64,000 nucleotides of DNA from Azolla caroliniana (Eukaryota > Plantae > Polypodiophyta): positions 13,392,001-13,456,000 of the forward strand of contig JBHGNT010000011.1 in NCBI GenBank assembly GCA_043228905.1. The letters run 5' to 3'. Below are positions 12,023 to 26,092 of the stretch, one piece after another (the stretch's first letter is position 1; every line of letters begins with the position of its first letter). A model generated the notes under the pieces. It was not told the origin of the DNA and searched no databases. It saw only the letters and a program-made list of their open reading frames with translations. A program made the translations under genes and the position numbers.

Positions 12023-12462
12023 TGTTGCCAATTAGGAACACGGTCCGCGGTCAGTCCTTCGACCTAGACCTCCAAGTGGGTGTGGAACAACGAATAGGCG
12101 TCTAAGCGTAATGCGTAGGGGAATGTTCCCTGTAACCTATCAGCGTATAAGGCAGACGGCTACAACCGAATCCTTAGCAAGGGTTACACTTACGTTCTTA
12201 CACGCTCCGGTATTCAAGACACACATAGTGGATTAGCCGTAGCTATACACAGAAAATCAGAGAAGATAGAATTCTATTATGAGACGTTTCTTTACATTCC
12301 CAAAATTACACGCTCCCTCTATCAGAGGTTTTCTGCCCTTTATATACACAGGGTCTATCTAGCCATTCACGCTTCCTGCGTGAACCGTTACATGTGTTAT
12401 GATCTTATATTATTTCTTATTCCTACGCTCTTGTCCGTTGGTTACTATTCTGGCGGACAACA
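12023..12462 (-). repeat. 5' LTR of B (440 bp)
   Basis: TGTTG...CAACA termini; homologous to 53259-53699 and 62338-62777. Confidence 0.92.
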
Positions 12463-13073
12463 GAAGCCGATTCGGTTTGGATGTTTGATACGGAGACGTC
12501 GAGTCAACCGACAACCAAGTGTAAGAAAGGACAGTCGAAGAGGCGCCAACACCGAGACAAGCACACAAGCCGATCGGAAGGGTTGAGGCGTGATGAATCG
12601 AACAAGTCGAGGAGCGCGAGCGAGGCGTGAAGCTAGAAGAAACCAGAGCGGTGATCCGGAAGAACTAGAAGAGCCTAAAGTTGAGCTTGAGGGGGATTGT
12701 TGAGATACAAGCTCAACATTGGCCAGACCGGTGCGTAAACCAGTGTGCAACGAGAAGCCGTAGCGGTGCATAAACCGCAAGGCCGTTGGAAAGATATTCC
12801 GAGTAGGAATATATTTTAGGAGTTAGTGTAGAGCTCAGTTATGAGCATTGAAGTACGTGTTAGTACTTCTATCAGTTTGTATGGACTTGTATAAAAGTGT
12901 TCATTGAGCATATTCTATGTACAGACTGAGTATTATGTTTTGAATAGTGTTGTGTGTATTCTCTCTCTCTCTCTCTCTCCCGTGTACTGTGTGTGTGTCC
13001 AAGATCTCCATTAAACCTGTGTTTTCCTATGTTCTGCTTTCTGTTGCTTCCGCACGTTGTTCTTTTCACAACA
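12463..13073 (+). repeat. Probable 3' part of an unrelated LTR that hosts B
   Basis: TATAAAA near 12890, CT microsatellite, ends ...CACAACA before coding-like sequence resumes. No second copy in the window. Confidence 0.4.
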
Positions 13074-14065
13074 AGCATCCCAAGAGGCCGATCCGGCCAC
13101 AAAACATCGTCACACGGCCATTAGCAGCACCACACAGAGCATGGATGAAACGACAAAAGCCAAAAAACAATTGGTCATCGTGCCGAAGGAGCCTGCCGCA
13201 ATCATGAAAACCACCACGCTGGATCCCAACAGACCTCTTGAGCAAGGCCAAGAATCACGATTCTCGGAGGATGAAGTACTAACCTTCCGTGATCTACCAA
13301 CAAAAGCATTCGAGCTCAGAGCAATTTTGCAACACGGCACGACATACGAGTTCATCGACTTTTTGGCTAGTCTCCAAGTAGCTGCTGCGTCCCGCATGGC
13401 CTAGGAACACACTAAGCAACAAGTTATAGACAGGGCCTTAGACATTGAGTTGGCTTCATATGATGAGCCGAAACTACGAAAGGCAGGACGCAAATGGGCC
13501 TCAAAGAAATTCCGAACACGCATTGAGCTTCCAGAGCTCAACAAGGCCTTCGTCGAAGTTTACCAGGAATTGGACAGAGCGACACGTGCCGCCAAAGACA
13601 TGGCTACCCGTAACAAAGAGGTAAGCAAGCAAGCAAAGGCTGCCACAGACCTATGGCAGGCCTCTGAAGCACAACATGCCGAATTAGAGCAAACAGCTTC
13701 GAATACGGGATCAGCCACCCCCGCTCCCTCTACCACGTCCCACTTCTACCTCCAATGACCAATAAATGTAGACGAACTTACCACATCGGCTTGAACAGAC
13801 CAGCACGACGACACAGACGGACTAGCCCGGTGTTGGCGAACGCACCGACAAGGCTGTTCAGACCATGCCGCCTTGCCCTACCGCTCTGGCAACAACGGCC
13901 GTGCAGACCGACGAAGATATTGGCGAAACCATTCCCCAGTACAAAGAAGAGATCGTCATGCACAAAGCCATTGCAGAAAAAGCGAAAGAACGCTATGAGC
14001 ACGCACAAGTGGAGACCATCAAAAGCAAGGAGCAAGCCGTACACAAGGAAGGAGCAATACACTAG
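13074..14065 (+). pseudogene. Relic of an ORF3-type gene from a third Gypsy subfamily
   Basis: AFELRAILQHGTTYEFIDFLASLQVAAASRM and IELPELNKAFVEVYQEL align with G ORF3 AHEFSALLQFGTSSELMEFLATQQVKAAQRM and MEIPPLNTALVKVHQEL. Confidence 0.75.
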
Positions 14066-14205
14066 GTAGTATTAGTGTTGCTACCTAGTGTATTGTTTCT
14101 TTCCCTTCATTGAAAGGTTATGCTTTAGGTTGACATAATGGAAGTCAATTGTATATAATTAATTTTCTCTTACTGTATTCCAATGAAATCAGGTTTTTTT
14201 AGTTT

Positions 14206-14492
14206 TTTTCTAGGTCTAACGAATGTTAAGTTTCTTAAATGTATAAATACATGGTCAATTTTGTTGTTATAAGTCTAAATTATTGGTTATTTTCACGTAT
14301 TTTGTGAGGCTACTTGCCATATTGCCTAATTGTTTAATGGTCCTAAATGTTTCAAAATTCATTTTATTCTATTTCCCATCTAAAATGGTGCCATGATGAG
14401 GATATTGTTGTAGATTTTCTACTTTAAACAAGAACTCGATATCGAGTTCCTGTTTATAAGTATGTGTTTTAAATAGGAACTGTGTTTAAAAG
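14206..14492 (+). repeat. Left copy of a 287-bp direct repeat flanking the Copia D nest
   Basis: Near-identical to 45083-45369. Confidence 0.92.
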
Positions 14493-15585
14493 TGTTAGGA
14501 AACAGGTCCCTCCGGATGAGGAGTACCAGGAAACGGAAGTCCCGGTGAGCTCCGGATAAGGAGTACCCGGCAACGGAAGACCCGATGAGAACCGGATGAG
14601 GAGTACCCGGCAAGGTATCACTGGATCCGGGAAAGAGTAGATGACCAGGAGTTCGCGCTGACGAAGATCCACACAACCGAGAATGGGTCAGATATAATGC
14701 TGACCAAAGTACTGACACCTAACAAGCTGGATGCATGTCGGAAGCGGGTCGGACTAGTAAGACACCCCATGCCGGACTGAAGGGGGAGTTTGTTAGGAAA
14801 CATGTCCCTCTAGATGAGGAGTACCCAGAAACGGAAGACTCGGTGAGCTTTGGATGAGGAGTACCCGGCAACGGAAGACCCGGTGAGCTCCAGATGAGTA
14901 CCCGGCAACAGAAGACCCGGTGAGAACCGGATGAGAAGTACCTGGCAACGGAAGACCCGGTGAGAACCGGATGATGAGTGCCCAACAAGCGCCGGATGAT
15001 GCAGGCCTGGTGAGGAGTGCTAACTGGATGAAGGGACATATTCGTAAATATGTTTTTGAGAGTCCATCGGGGCTATATTTGTAAATAGCCGAAAAGTCAT
15101 TTTAGTATAAATATGACTTAGGGAAAACTGAGATAAAGTTGTCTGTTGTCATTCACCGAGGAGGGTGAGCTAAACCTTGCCGGCGATGAGATGACCTCGG
15201 TGGTCGACTTCGGAGCGTCGTTCCACCTTACCCCGGACCGGAAATACTTCTCATCCTACTCAGCCGGTGATCACGGTTGTGTCCGAATGGGGAATGAAGG
15301 TACATGCCGAATTGTCGGCATAGGAGACGTGTGGTTGACAACGCCAACCAGATGCAAGCTGCTTCTGAAGGATGTCCGACACATTTCGGACGTTCGTCTG
15401 AACCTGTAATCAGCCGGTCGGCTAGATGATGAAGGCTACACGGGTAACATCCGGAATGGTGTTATGAAGTTCAGCAAAGGGAGCCTGATTGTGGCTCGGG
15501 CCTAGAAGGTCAACACGTTGTACCTGATGAATGCCCGGTTATGTCCGGAGGAAGTGAACGTGGCATCCGCCACTGCCGATGAGCT

Positions 15586-15853
15586 TGATGGATAATGACG
15601 CTTCCAAGAAAAACTTCTGCTCTCGGCCACAACCGAGAAGACACGGATCAATGCAACAGTAAATCAACAACACAGAGAGAGACTCGAAGGCACAGGGTTT
15701 AGCGTGGAAAACCCTAGACGGGAAAAACCACGGGAGTGCAAGACTCCAACTATCACTATACGCAGGGAATGTACAATGGCGAGCTGCAAGGCGACGACCT
15801 TGAGCTCGCTGTCCTCGCCACAGGCGGCGGTATTACACAGAGGCGTCGACCTC

Positions 15854-15892
<39 letters not shown>

Positions 15893-18800
15893 CTCTCTCG
15901 GCTGTTCTCACTTCGCTCCCTCTAAGTGGAAAACAGAAAATTGAGCAACAACAACAAAACTGTTTGCCCTAAGTCATATTTATACACATATGACTTTCGG
16001 GCTATTTACAAATATAGCCTCAAGGGCCCTTGGCAAACATATTCACAAATATGTCCCCGCATCCGGATCTCTCTCCGGGTACATTCATCATCCGGCTCCG
16101 TAGCCGGGGTCTTCATCATCCGGCTCCGTAGCCGTCATCCGGCTCCATAGCCGACATCCGGCTCCGTAGCCGGGGTCTTCATCATCCGGCTCCGTAGCCG
16201 GGGTCTCTTCATCCGGCTTCATGCCGGGTACTCTTCATCCTCCGGTTCCGTAATCGCAACCGGGCTTGCCGTCATTCATCTCCGGACATCTGACCATCCC
16301 ATCCGGAGGGACCGTAATCCCAACAAACTCCCCCTTCACATCGGCATGGGATGTTTCTCCAATCCGATCCTCTTCCGGCACGCTTCTAGCTTGTCGGGTG
16401 TGAGCACTTTGGTCAGCATATCTGACCCGTTCTCGTCCGTGTGGATCTTCGTCAGCACGAACTCCTGGTCTTCTATCCTTTCCCGGATCCAGTGATATCT
16501 TCGCTGGATGTGCTTCGTCCGGGAGTGATAGGCCGCGTTCTTCGCAAGGTGGATGGCACTCTGACTGTCGCAGTAGAGTCGGTACTCCTCTTGCCGGATA
16601 CCGAGCTCTCTAATGAATTCCTTCATCCATATTATTTCCTTGCCGGCTTCAACAGCCGCCATGTACTCCGCCTCCGTGGTTGACAACGCAACCGTCTTCT
16701 GCAACCTCGACTGCCATGAAACAGCTTCCCCTGCATACGTCATCACATACCCTGATGTGGACCGGCTGGTATCTTCATCAGCCGACATATCCGAATCGGT
16801 AAAGCCGTCGAGTTCGGGCTTACCGGAGCTGAATCGGAGGCACACGTTTGCCGTGCCCTTCAGGTATCGGAGTATCCACTTGACCGCGTTCCAGTGCTCT
16901 TTGCCGGGATTGCTCATGTACCGGCTCACCACTGCAACTACATATCCTATGTCCGGTTTTGTACACACCATTGCGTACATCAAGCTTCCGACGGCAGAGG
17001 CATATGGTACTTTTATCATGTCCTCCTTCTCAGCCTTTGTCTTGGGGCTTGGCTTGCTGGACAACTTGCAGTTTGCCGGGAGGGTTGACCCGACCGGTCT
17101 TGCTTCCGACATGTTGAACCGGTGAAGCACCTTTGTCACGTACTTCTCCTGTGACAACCACAACTGCTTCTTCTTCCGGTCCCGGATGATGTGCATCCCT
17201 AGTATTTGCCTCGCCGGACCCAGGTCCTTCATTGAGAAGGTTCGGTGAAGCGCTTTCTTCAGCGTCCGTATCTTGACCTGGTCCCGTCCGACGATCAACA
17301 TGTCGTCCACGTATAGGAGGAGTATTAGAAAGTCTCCTCCTTCGAACTTCTTCACAAACACGCAGTGATCGGACTGCGTTTTGTGGTACCCTTCGTCGGT
17401 CATGAAGGAGTCGAACATCCGGTACTAATGCCGGGGAGCCTGCTTCAGTCCGTAAAGGCTCTTCTTCAACCGGCATACCAGGTGCTCCTTCCCTTTCTTC
17501 TCGAATCCTTCCGGTTGTTGCATGTAGATCTCTTCTTCGAGGTCACCGTGAAGGAATGCCGTCTTCACGTCCATCTGTTCTACCTCGAGGTCCATGCTTG
17601 CCGCTATGCTCAGCACCGTCCGGATGGAGGTCATCTTCACTACCAGGGCAAATATCTCGTCGAAGTCGACGCCCTTCTTCTGCTGGAACCCCTTCACCAC
17701 GATTCTGGCTTTGTATCTCGGGGGGTTTTCGGCATCTCCCGGTTTCAGCTTGAACACCCACTTGTTTCGAAGTGCCCGCTTTCCTTTTGGCAACTCCACA
17801 AGTTCATATGTGTGGTTCTCATGCAGGGAATCCATCTCCTCCTGCATGGCACTTAACCACCTGCGGCTATGGGTGTCAAGCTTTGCTTCTTCAAATCTCT
17901 CCGGCTCCCCCTCGTCGGTTAGCAGAACGTGCTTTGGTTCCGGAAATCTCCGGGGGGCCCTTCTCTCTCTTAGAGGATATCTCCGTTCCGGAGCTTCGAT
18001 AACCGGCTCTTCCGTTTCCTCTTCATCTGAATCCATTTCGGGATCGGGGCCGGTTCCGGTATCAGTTTCATCTTCCTCGGCCGGTTCTGTTTCTTCACCG
18101 TCTTCGGTCGGATCCTCGAGTGCTAACCGGTCCCTTGCCGGTCGGGATTGCTCCTCATAGAGTTGATCCTCACCGGTCGACTTGGAGCTCTTCATCTTCT
18201 TCTCCGACTCCCAGTCGGCGAGTGTCTTGTCCTCCATGAAGATGATATCACGACTCCTGAATATCTTCTTGTGGACCGGGTCCCATACTCGGTAGCCGAA
18301 CTCGTCGTCGCCGTAACCGAGGAATATGCATGGCCGGGTCTTTGGATCTAGCTTTCCTCTCCGGTCCTTTGCCACATGCACATATGCGAGACACCCGAAC
18401 ACCTTCAGATGCCGGTAGGATACTTCCCTACCGGTCCACACTCTCTACGGCGTGTCTCCGTCCAAAGGTACTGAGGGTGATCTGTTTATCACGTATGTCG
18501 CCGTTGACATTGCCTCAGCCCAAAACCCCTTGGGTAATTTCGCATGCGCCAGCATACTCCGGACCCTCTCCATTATGGTCCGGTTCATCCTCTCGGCCAG
18601 CCCGTTCAGTTCCGGCGTCTTCGGCACCGTAAACTCGAGCCGGATTCCCTTCGAGCGACAGTACTCCGTGAACTGCCCCCGGTTATCCGCTCGTATCGCT
18701 TTCAGCTTCTTGCCGGATTCCCTTTCCACTCTCGCATGGAGTTCTTTGAAGACGCACAACACTTGGTCCTTTGTCTTCAACGGTGCCGTCCACAGCTTCC

Positions 18801-20696
18801 GGCTGTGGTCATCAATGAATGTCACGAAGTACTAGGCTCCGCCATGTGACTTCGTTTCTACTTGACACACGTCAGTGTGCACCAACTCCAATGGTGCGCA
18901 ACGTCTCGTCGGTGGCCTTGAGTGGAAGGAGGCTCGGTTCTGCTTACCGGCCAGGCAATCGGTGCACTTCTCCAGATGCACATGCTTCACTAGAATAAGG
19001 TTGTCTTCTGCAAGCCTCTTCATCCCCTTCTCGCTCATGTGGCACAGTCTCTTGTGCCACAGCTCACCGGCAGTGTCAGCTGCCACGTTCAGCTCCTCCG
19101 GACATAGCCGGGAATTCATCAGGTACAGTGTGTTGACCTTCCGGGCCCGAGCCACTATCAGGCTCCCTTTGCTGAACTTCATGACACCGTTCCGGATGCT
19201 ACCCGTGTAGCCTTCATCGTCTAGCCTCCCGGCCGAAATCAGGTTCAATCGAACCTCCGGAACGTGTCGAACATCCTTCAGCAGCATCTTGCATCCGGTT
19301 GATCTCATCAGCCACACGTCTCCTATGCCGGCAATCCGGCATGTACCTTCATTTCCCATCCGGACACAGCCGTGCTCACCGGCTGTGTAGGATGAGAAGT
19401 ATTTCTTCTCCGGGGTCAGGTGGAACGACGCTCCGGAATCGACCACCCAGGTCATCTCTTCACCGGCAAGGTTCAGCTCCCTCTCTTCGGTAATGAGCAT
19501 TATCTCTTCTTCACTTGCCGCGAGTGCCGTCGTTCCTTTCCGGTCCTGCCCTCGCCGATCCGGACCTCTCCGGTCCGTGGCTCCCTGGTATGCACCGTTT
19601 CGCTCCGGTGACTTCTTCGAATCGGTGTCGTCGGCTCCGTTGTCTTTTCGGTAATGCCGACAATTCTTCCGGAAGTGCCCCGGCTTCCCACAGTGGAAGC
19701 ATGTGGGCCTTCCTCTTGACTGCGACCATGTCCCCGACTTCTCCCGTCTTTGCGGACTCCGGTTCCGTTGTCTTCCCCGATCCGATTCGGTAAGCAGCAT
19801 CTTCGGATCGGAGGCCGGTTCTTTATCTCTCCGACGCGCTTCTTCATTTAGAATACTTGTCTTTACCGTTTGTAGGGACAAGTTATCTTCGGTGCAGGAG
19901 GTGCTGAGAGTCACCACCAAGTTCTCCCAGCTTTCCGGCAATGTACACATCAGGATGATGGCTTGCATTGCATCCTCCAACGGGAACTTGATCGCCGCAA
20001 GCTGGTTCACGAATCCCATGAACGTGCTTACGTGTTCCACCATACTCTCGCCGTCCCGGTACTTGAGGTTCACTATCTTCCTCATCAGGGAGGTCCGGTT
20101 CAACGCATTCTTCCTCTCGTAGAGGCCCAACAGCTTCCGCCACATCTCATATGCGTTGGTGTCGTTCGCCACATGTTGTAGAACGCTCACGTCGACGTAT
20201 TGCCGAATGGTTGCAACGGCTTTCCGGTTCAGACGCCTCCATTCCGTCTCAAGTACCCCCTTGGGTATTTCCGACCTGTCGATTGGTTCATACAGGTCCC
20301 GAACAATGAGCAGATCCTCCATCTTTATCTTCCAGTCGGCGTAGTTCTGCGCATTCAGCACCATCATCCCCGGCTGCCCGCTGCTGCCGCCTTCCATTTT
20401 CTGCACTGCCGTCGCTCTGATACCAGATTGATGGATAATGACGCTTCCAAGAAAAACTTCTCCTCTCGGCCACAACCGAGAAGACACGGATCAATGCAAC
20501 AGTAAATCAACAACACAGAGAGAGACTCGAAGGCACAGGGTTTAGCGTGGAAAACCCTAGACGGGAAAAACCACGGGAGTGCAAGACTCCAACTATCACT
20601 ATACGCAGGGAATGTACAATGGCGAGCTGCAAGGCGACGACCTTGAGCTCGCTGTCCTCGCCACAGGCGGCGATATTACACAGAGGCGTCGACCTC

Positions 20697-20728
<32 letters not shown>

Positions 20729-21098
20729 GCTCTCTCTCGGCTGTTCTCACTTCGCTCCCTCTAAGTGGAAAACAGAAAATTGAGCAACAACAACAAAACT
20801 GTTTGCCCTAAGTCATATTTATACATATATGACTTTCGGGCTATTTACAAATATAGCCTCAAGGGCCCTTGGCAAACATATTCACAAATATGTCCCCGCA
20901 TCCGGATCTCTCTCCGGGTACATTCATCATCCGGCTCCGTAGCCGGGGTCTTCATCATCCGGCTCCGTAGCCGGGGTCTCTTCATCCGGCTTCATGCCGG
21001 GTACTCTTCATCCTCCGGTTCCGTAATCGCAACCGGGCTTGCCGTCATTCATCTCCGGACATCTGACTATCCCATCCGGAGGGACCGTAATCCCAACA
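15586..21098 (-). mobile_element. Full-length Ty1/Copia C1 (Tnt1/Tork-like)
   Basis: LTRs 15586-16325 and 20429-21098, TSD GAGCT/GAGTT, iMet PBS TGGTATCAGAGC at 20414-20425, PPT at 16328-16338. Confidence 0.95.
16336..20397 (-). pseudogene. gag-pol: Copia C1 gag-pol with three in-frame TAG stops
   Basis: CFHCGKPGHFRKNC, WVVDSGAS, integrase, YVDD and RNase H in consecutive same-frame ORFs; stops near 18832, 18442 and 17425. Confidence 0.92.
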
Positions 21099-23847
21099 GA
21101 GTTGTGGCACAAGAGGTTGTGTCACATGAGCGAGAAGGGGATGAAGAGGCTTGCAAACGACAACCTCATTCCAGTGAAGAACGTGCACTTGGAGAAGTGC
21201 ACTAATTGTCTAGCCGGTAAACAAAACCGGACCTCCTTCCTATCCAGGCCACCGATGAGACGTAATGCACCACTGGAGTTGGTGCATACTGATGTATGTC
21301 AAGTGGACACGAAGTCACATGCCGGATCGCAGTACTTCGTGACGTTTATAGATGACCATAGCCGGAAGCTGTGGGCCACACCGTTGAAGACGAAGGATCA
21401 AGTGTTATCCGTCTTCAAAGAGCTCCACGCGAGAGTGGAAAGAGAAACCGGCCGGAAGTTGAAGGTGGTTCGAGTAGATAACGGAGGTGAATACCGGGGG
21501 CAGTTCGAGGAGTACTGTCACTCGAAGGAATCTGGCTCGAACTTACCATGCCGAAGACGTCGGAACTAAACGGGCTGGCCGAGAGGATGAACCAGACCAT
21601 AATGGAGAGGGTCCGAAGTATGCTGGCGCATGCAAAACTACCCAAGAAATTTTGGGCTGAGGCACGGTCGACGGCGACATATGTGATAAACAGATCACCC
21701 TCAGTACCCTTGGACGGAGACACGCCACAGAGAGTCTAGACTGGTAAGGAAGTGTCCTACCGGCATCTGAAGGTATTCAGGTGTCTTGCATATGTGCATG
21801 TAGCTAAGGACCGGAGAGGAAAACTAGATCCGAAGACCTGGCCATGCATATTCCTCGAATACGGCGACGATGAGTTCGGCTACCGAGTGTGGGACCTGGT
21901 CAACAAGAAGGTATTCCGGAGTCGAGATATTATCTTCATGGAGGACAAGACACTCGCCGACTAGGAGTCGGAGAAGAAGATAATGAACTCCGAGTCGACC
22001 GGTAAGGATCGATTCTACGATGAGCAGACCCAACCGGCAAGAGATTGGTTAGCACTCGAGGAACCAGCCGGTTACGGTGAGGATACCGAACCGGCAGAAG
22101 AAGAAGTAGAGGAAGCTGAAACCGGAACCGGCCTTGACCCCGAATCGGATTCGGATGAAGAGCAAATGGAGGAGCCGGTTATCGAAGCCCAAAGACGGAG
22201 ATATCCTCTCAGAGACAGAAGGGCCCCTCGGAGATTTCCGGATGCAGAGCATGTGCTGCTAACCGATGAGGGGGAGCTAGAAAGCTTCGAAGAAGCGAAG
22301 GATGACGCCCACAGCCGCAAATGGTTAAGTGCCATGCAGGATGAGATGGATTTCCTGCATGAGAACCACACATACGAATTGGTGGAGTTGCCGAAAGGAA
22401 AGCAGGCACTCCGAAATAAGTGGGTGTACAAGTCGAAACCGGGAGATGCCGCAACCCCCCGAGATACAAAGCCAGGATCGTGGTGAAGGGGTTCCAGCAG
22501 AAGAAGGGCGCGGACTTCGACGAGATATTTTCCCCAGTAGTAAAAATGACCTCCATCCGGACGGTGCTGAGTATAGCGGCAAGCATGGACCTCGAGGTAG
22601 AGTAGCTAGACGTGAAGACGACATTCCTTCACGGTGACCTCAAAGAGGAGATCTACATGCAGCAACCGGAAGGATTCGTGGAGAAAGGGAAGGAGCAACC
22701 GGTTTGCCAGTTGAAGAAGAGCCTGTACGGACTGAAGTAGGCTCCCCGACAATGGTACCGGAAGTTCGACTCCTTCATGACCAATCAAGGGTACCACAAG
22801 ACGCAGGCCGATCACTTCGTGTTTGTGAAGAAGTTTGAAGGAGGTGACTTCCTGATACTCCTTTTGTACGTGGACGACATGTTGATCGTCGGACGGGACC
22901 AAGACAAAATACGGATGTTGAAGAAGGCTCTCAACCGGACCTTCTTAATGAAAGACTTGGGTCCAGCAAGACAGATGTTGGGGATGCATATCATCCGGAA
23001 CCGGCCAACGAAGCAATTGTGGTTGTCACAGGAGAAGTACGTGACAAAGGTGCTTCAGCGGTTCAACATGTTAGGAGCGAAACCGGTCGGATCGACACTC
23101 CCGGCAAACTGCAGATTGTCCTGTAAACAAAGGCCGAAGACGAAAGCAGAAAAGGATGATATGATGAAGGTTCCATATGCCTCTGCCGTCAGGAGCTTAA
23201 TGTACGCAATGGTGTGTACCTGACCGGATATAGGATACGCAGTCGGAGTGGTGAGCCGGTTTATGAGCAATCCCGGCAAGGAGCACTGGAACACGGTCAA
23301 ATGGATACTCCGGTACTTGAAGGGCACTTCAAATATGTGTCTCCGATTTGGCTCCGGTAAACCTCAACTTGACGGTTTTACCGATTTGGACATGTCGGTT
23401 GATGTGAATACCAGCCGGTCTACATCTGGGTATGTAATGGCATATGCAGGGGGAGCTATTTCGTGGCAGTCAAGGCTGCAAAAGACGGTTGCGTTGTCAA
23501 CCACGGAGGCGGAGTACATGGCGGCTATGGAAGCTGGCAAGGAAATATTATAGATGAAGGACTTCATCGGAGAGCTCGGTATCCGGCAAGATGAATATCG
23601 GCTCTATTGCAACAGACAAAGTGCCATCCACCTTGCTAAGAATGCGGCCTACCATTCCCGGACGATGCATATCCAGCGAAGGTATCACTGGATCCGGGAA
23701 AGAGTAGATGACCAGGAGTTCGCGCTGACGAAGATCCACACAACCGAGAACGGGTCAGATATAATGCTGACCAAAGTACTGACACCTGACAAGCTGGATG
23801 CATGTCAGAAGCGGGTCAGACTAGTAAGACACCCCATGCCGGACTGA
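21099..23847 (+). pseudogene. pol: Copia D integrase-RT-RNaseH pseudogene
   Basis: LWHKRLCH, FIDDHSR, YVDDML and LSTTEAEY motifs with many stops; continues the 15155-15585 segment across C1. Confidence 0.9.
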
Positions 23848-25083
23848 AGGGGGAGTTTGTTAGGAAACAGGTCCCGCCGGATAAGGAGTACCCGGAAACG
23901 GAAGACCCGGTGAGCTCCGGATGAGGAGTACCCGGCAACGAAAGACCCTGTGAGCTCCAGATGAGGAGTACCCGGCAACGGAAGACCCGGTGAGAACCGG
24001 ATGATGAGTGCCCGGCAAGCGTCGGATGATGCAGGCCCGGTGAGGAGTGCTCACCGAATGAAGGGACATATTCGTAAATATGTTTTTGAGAGTCCATCAG
24101 GGATATATTTGTAAATAGCCGAAAAGTCATTTTAGTAGAAGTTGTCTGTTGTCATTCTTGTTGGCACAAGATTAGAGCGTGTAAAATGTACAGAGAGAGA
24201 GAAGAAGAGGTCGTTGCTTCTGTTGTAACTGCCACCTCTGGCGAAGATAGCAAGCTCGAGGTCGTTGCCTCGGTGCTCTACTATTGTACATTCTGATATA
24301 GTGATAGTTTGCAGTCTGTGGGCTGTCGTGGTTTTTTCCTAGTTTGGGTTTTCCACGTTAACATCCTGTGTACTCTTCTCTTCACTGTGTCATGCGTTCA
24401 TTATCCGTTTTCTGTGTTTGATTTTAGACTCGGTTGTTGCCGAGCGCTGTGTTAAACACAGTGCTCGGCCACAACCGAGGAATAGGATCAACTCACAGAA
24501 ACAAAATGCACGACGACAATAGAGAGAAGAGTACACAGGATGTTTTACGTGGAAAACCCTAAATGGGAAAAACCACGGGAGTCCTCAAACTCCAACTATC
24601 ACTATGAACAGAGATGTACAATGGTGAAGCTACAAGGCAACAACCTTGAGCTCACTGTCTTCACCACAGTCGGCGGTAATACACAGAGACAACGACCTCT
24701 TCGTCTCTCACTCTCTCTCACTCTCGGCTGCTCTCTTCACTCCCTCTCAGTGAAAACAGAAAATATGAGCAACAACCACAACTGTTTGCCCTAAGTCATA
24801 TTTATACACATATGACTTTTGGGCTATTTACAAATATAGCCTCAAGGGCCCTTGGCAAACATATTCACAAATATGTCCCCGCATCCGGATCTCTCTCCGG
24901 GTACATTCATCATCCGGCTCCGTAGCCGGGGTCTTCATCATCCGGCTCCGTAGCCGGGTACTCTTCATCCGGCTTCATGCCGGGTACTCTTCATCCTCCG
25001 GTTCCGTAACCGCAACCGGGCTTGCCGTCATTCATCTCCGGACATCCCATCCGGAGGGACCGAAATCCCAACAAACTCCCCCT

Positions 25084-26092
25084 TCACTTCGGCATGGGAT
25101 GTCTCTCCAATCCAATCCTCTTCCGGCATGCTTCCAGCTTGTCGGGTGTGAGCACCTTGGTCAGCATATCCGATCCGTTCTCGTCCGTGTGGATCTTCGT
25201 CAGCACGAACTCCTTGTCTTCTATCCTTTCCCGGATCCAGTGGTATCTACGTTGGATGTGTTTCGTCCGGGAATGGTAGGCCGCGTTCTTCGCAAGGTGA
25301 ATGGCACTCTGACTATCGTTGTAGAGCCGGTACTCCTCCTGCCGGATACCGAGCTCTCTAATGAAGTCCTTCATCCATATTATTTCCTTGCCAGCTTCAA
25401 CAGCCGCCATGTACTCCGCCTCCGTGGTTGACAACGCAACCGTCTTCTGCAACCTCGACTGCCACGAAACGGCTCCCCCTGCATATGTCATTACATACCC
25501 AGATGTAGACCGGCTGGTATCCGCATCAGCCGACATGTCCGAATCGGTAAATCCATCGAGTTCGGGCTTACCGGAGCCGAATCGGAGGCACATGTTCGAA
25601 GTGCCCTTTAAGTATCGGAGTATCCATTTGACCGCATTCCAGTGCTCCTTGCCGGGATTACTCATATACCGGCTCACCACTCCGACTGCGTATCCAATGT
25701 CCGGTCGGGTACACACCATTGCGTACATCAAGCTCCCGACGGCAGAGGCATATGGTATCTTCATCATATCCTCCTTTTCAACTTTTGTCTTGGGACTTTG
25801 CTTGCCGGATAACTTGCAGTTTGCCGAGAGGGTCGATCCGACCGGTCTTGCTTCCGACATGTTGAACCGTTGAAGCACCTTTGTCACGTACTTCTCCTGT
25901 CACAGCCACAACTACTTCTTCTTCCGGTCCCGGATGATGTGCATCCCTAGTATTTGCCTCGCCGGACCCAGGTCCTTCATTGAGAAGGTTCGGTGAAGCG
26001 CTTTCTTCAGCATCCGTATCTTGACCTGGTCCCGTCCGACGATCAACATGTCGTCCACGTACAGGAGGAGTATTAGAAAGTCTCCTCCTTCG
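25084..26092 (-). pseudogene. pol: Copia F RT C-terminus and RNase H (3' part)
   Basis: Resumes at EGGDFLILLLYVDD after the CTTCG TSD; two stops near 25900-25914. Confidence 0.9.

Larger units (their letters stand above)
6646..12462 (-). mobile_element. Decayed Ty3/Gypsy B (same family as G); its 3' part lies beyond A, outside the window
   Basis: LTR 12023-12462 is homologous to the G LTRs. Minus-strand fragments of gag, PR, RT (FLDDF), RNase H (FVDASD) and INT ([15 protein letters not shown]) carry many stops and frameshifts. Confidence 0.93.

Noticed and set aside
16070-16260. Regularly spaced CATCCGGCTCCGTAGCCGGG repeats resembling a CRISPR array
   Set aside because: They are tandem U3 repeats inside Copia LTRs with no unique spacers and no cas genes, in eukaryotic DNA.
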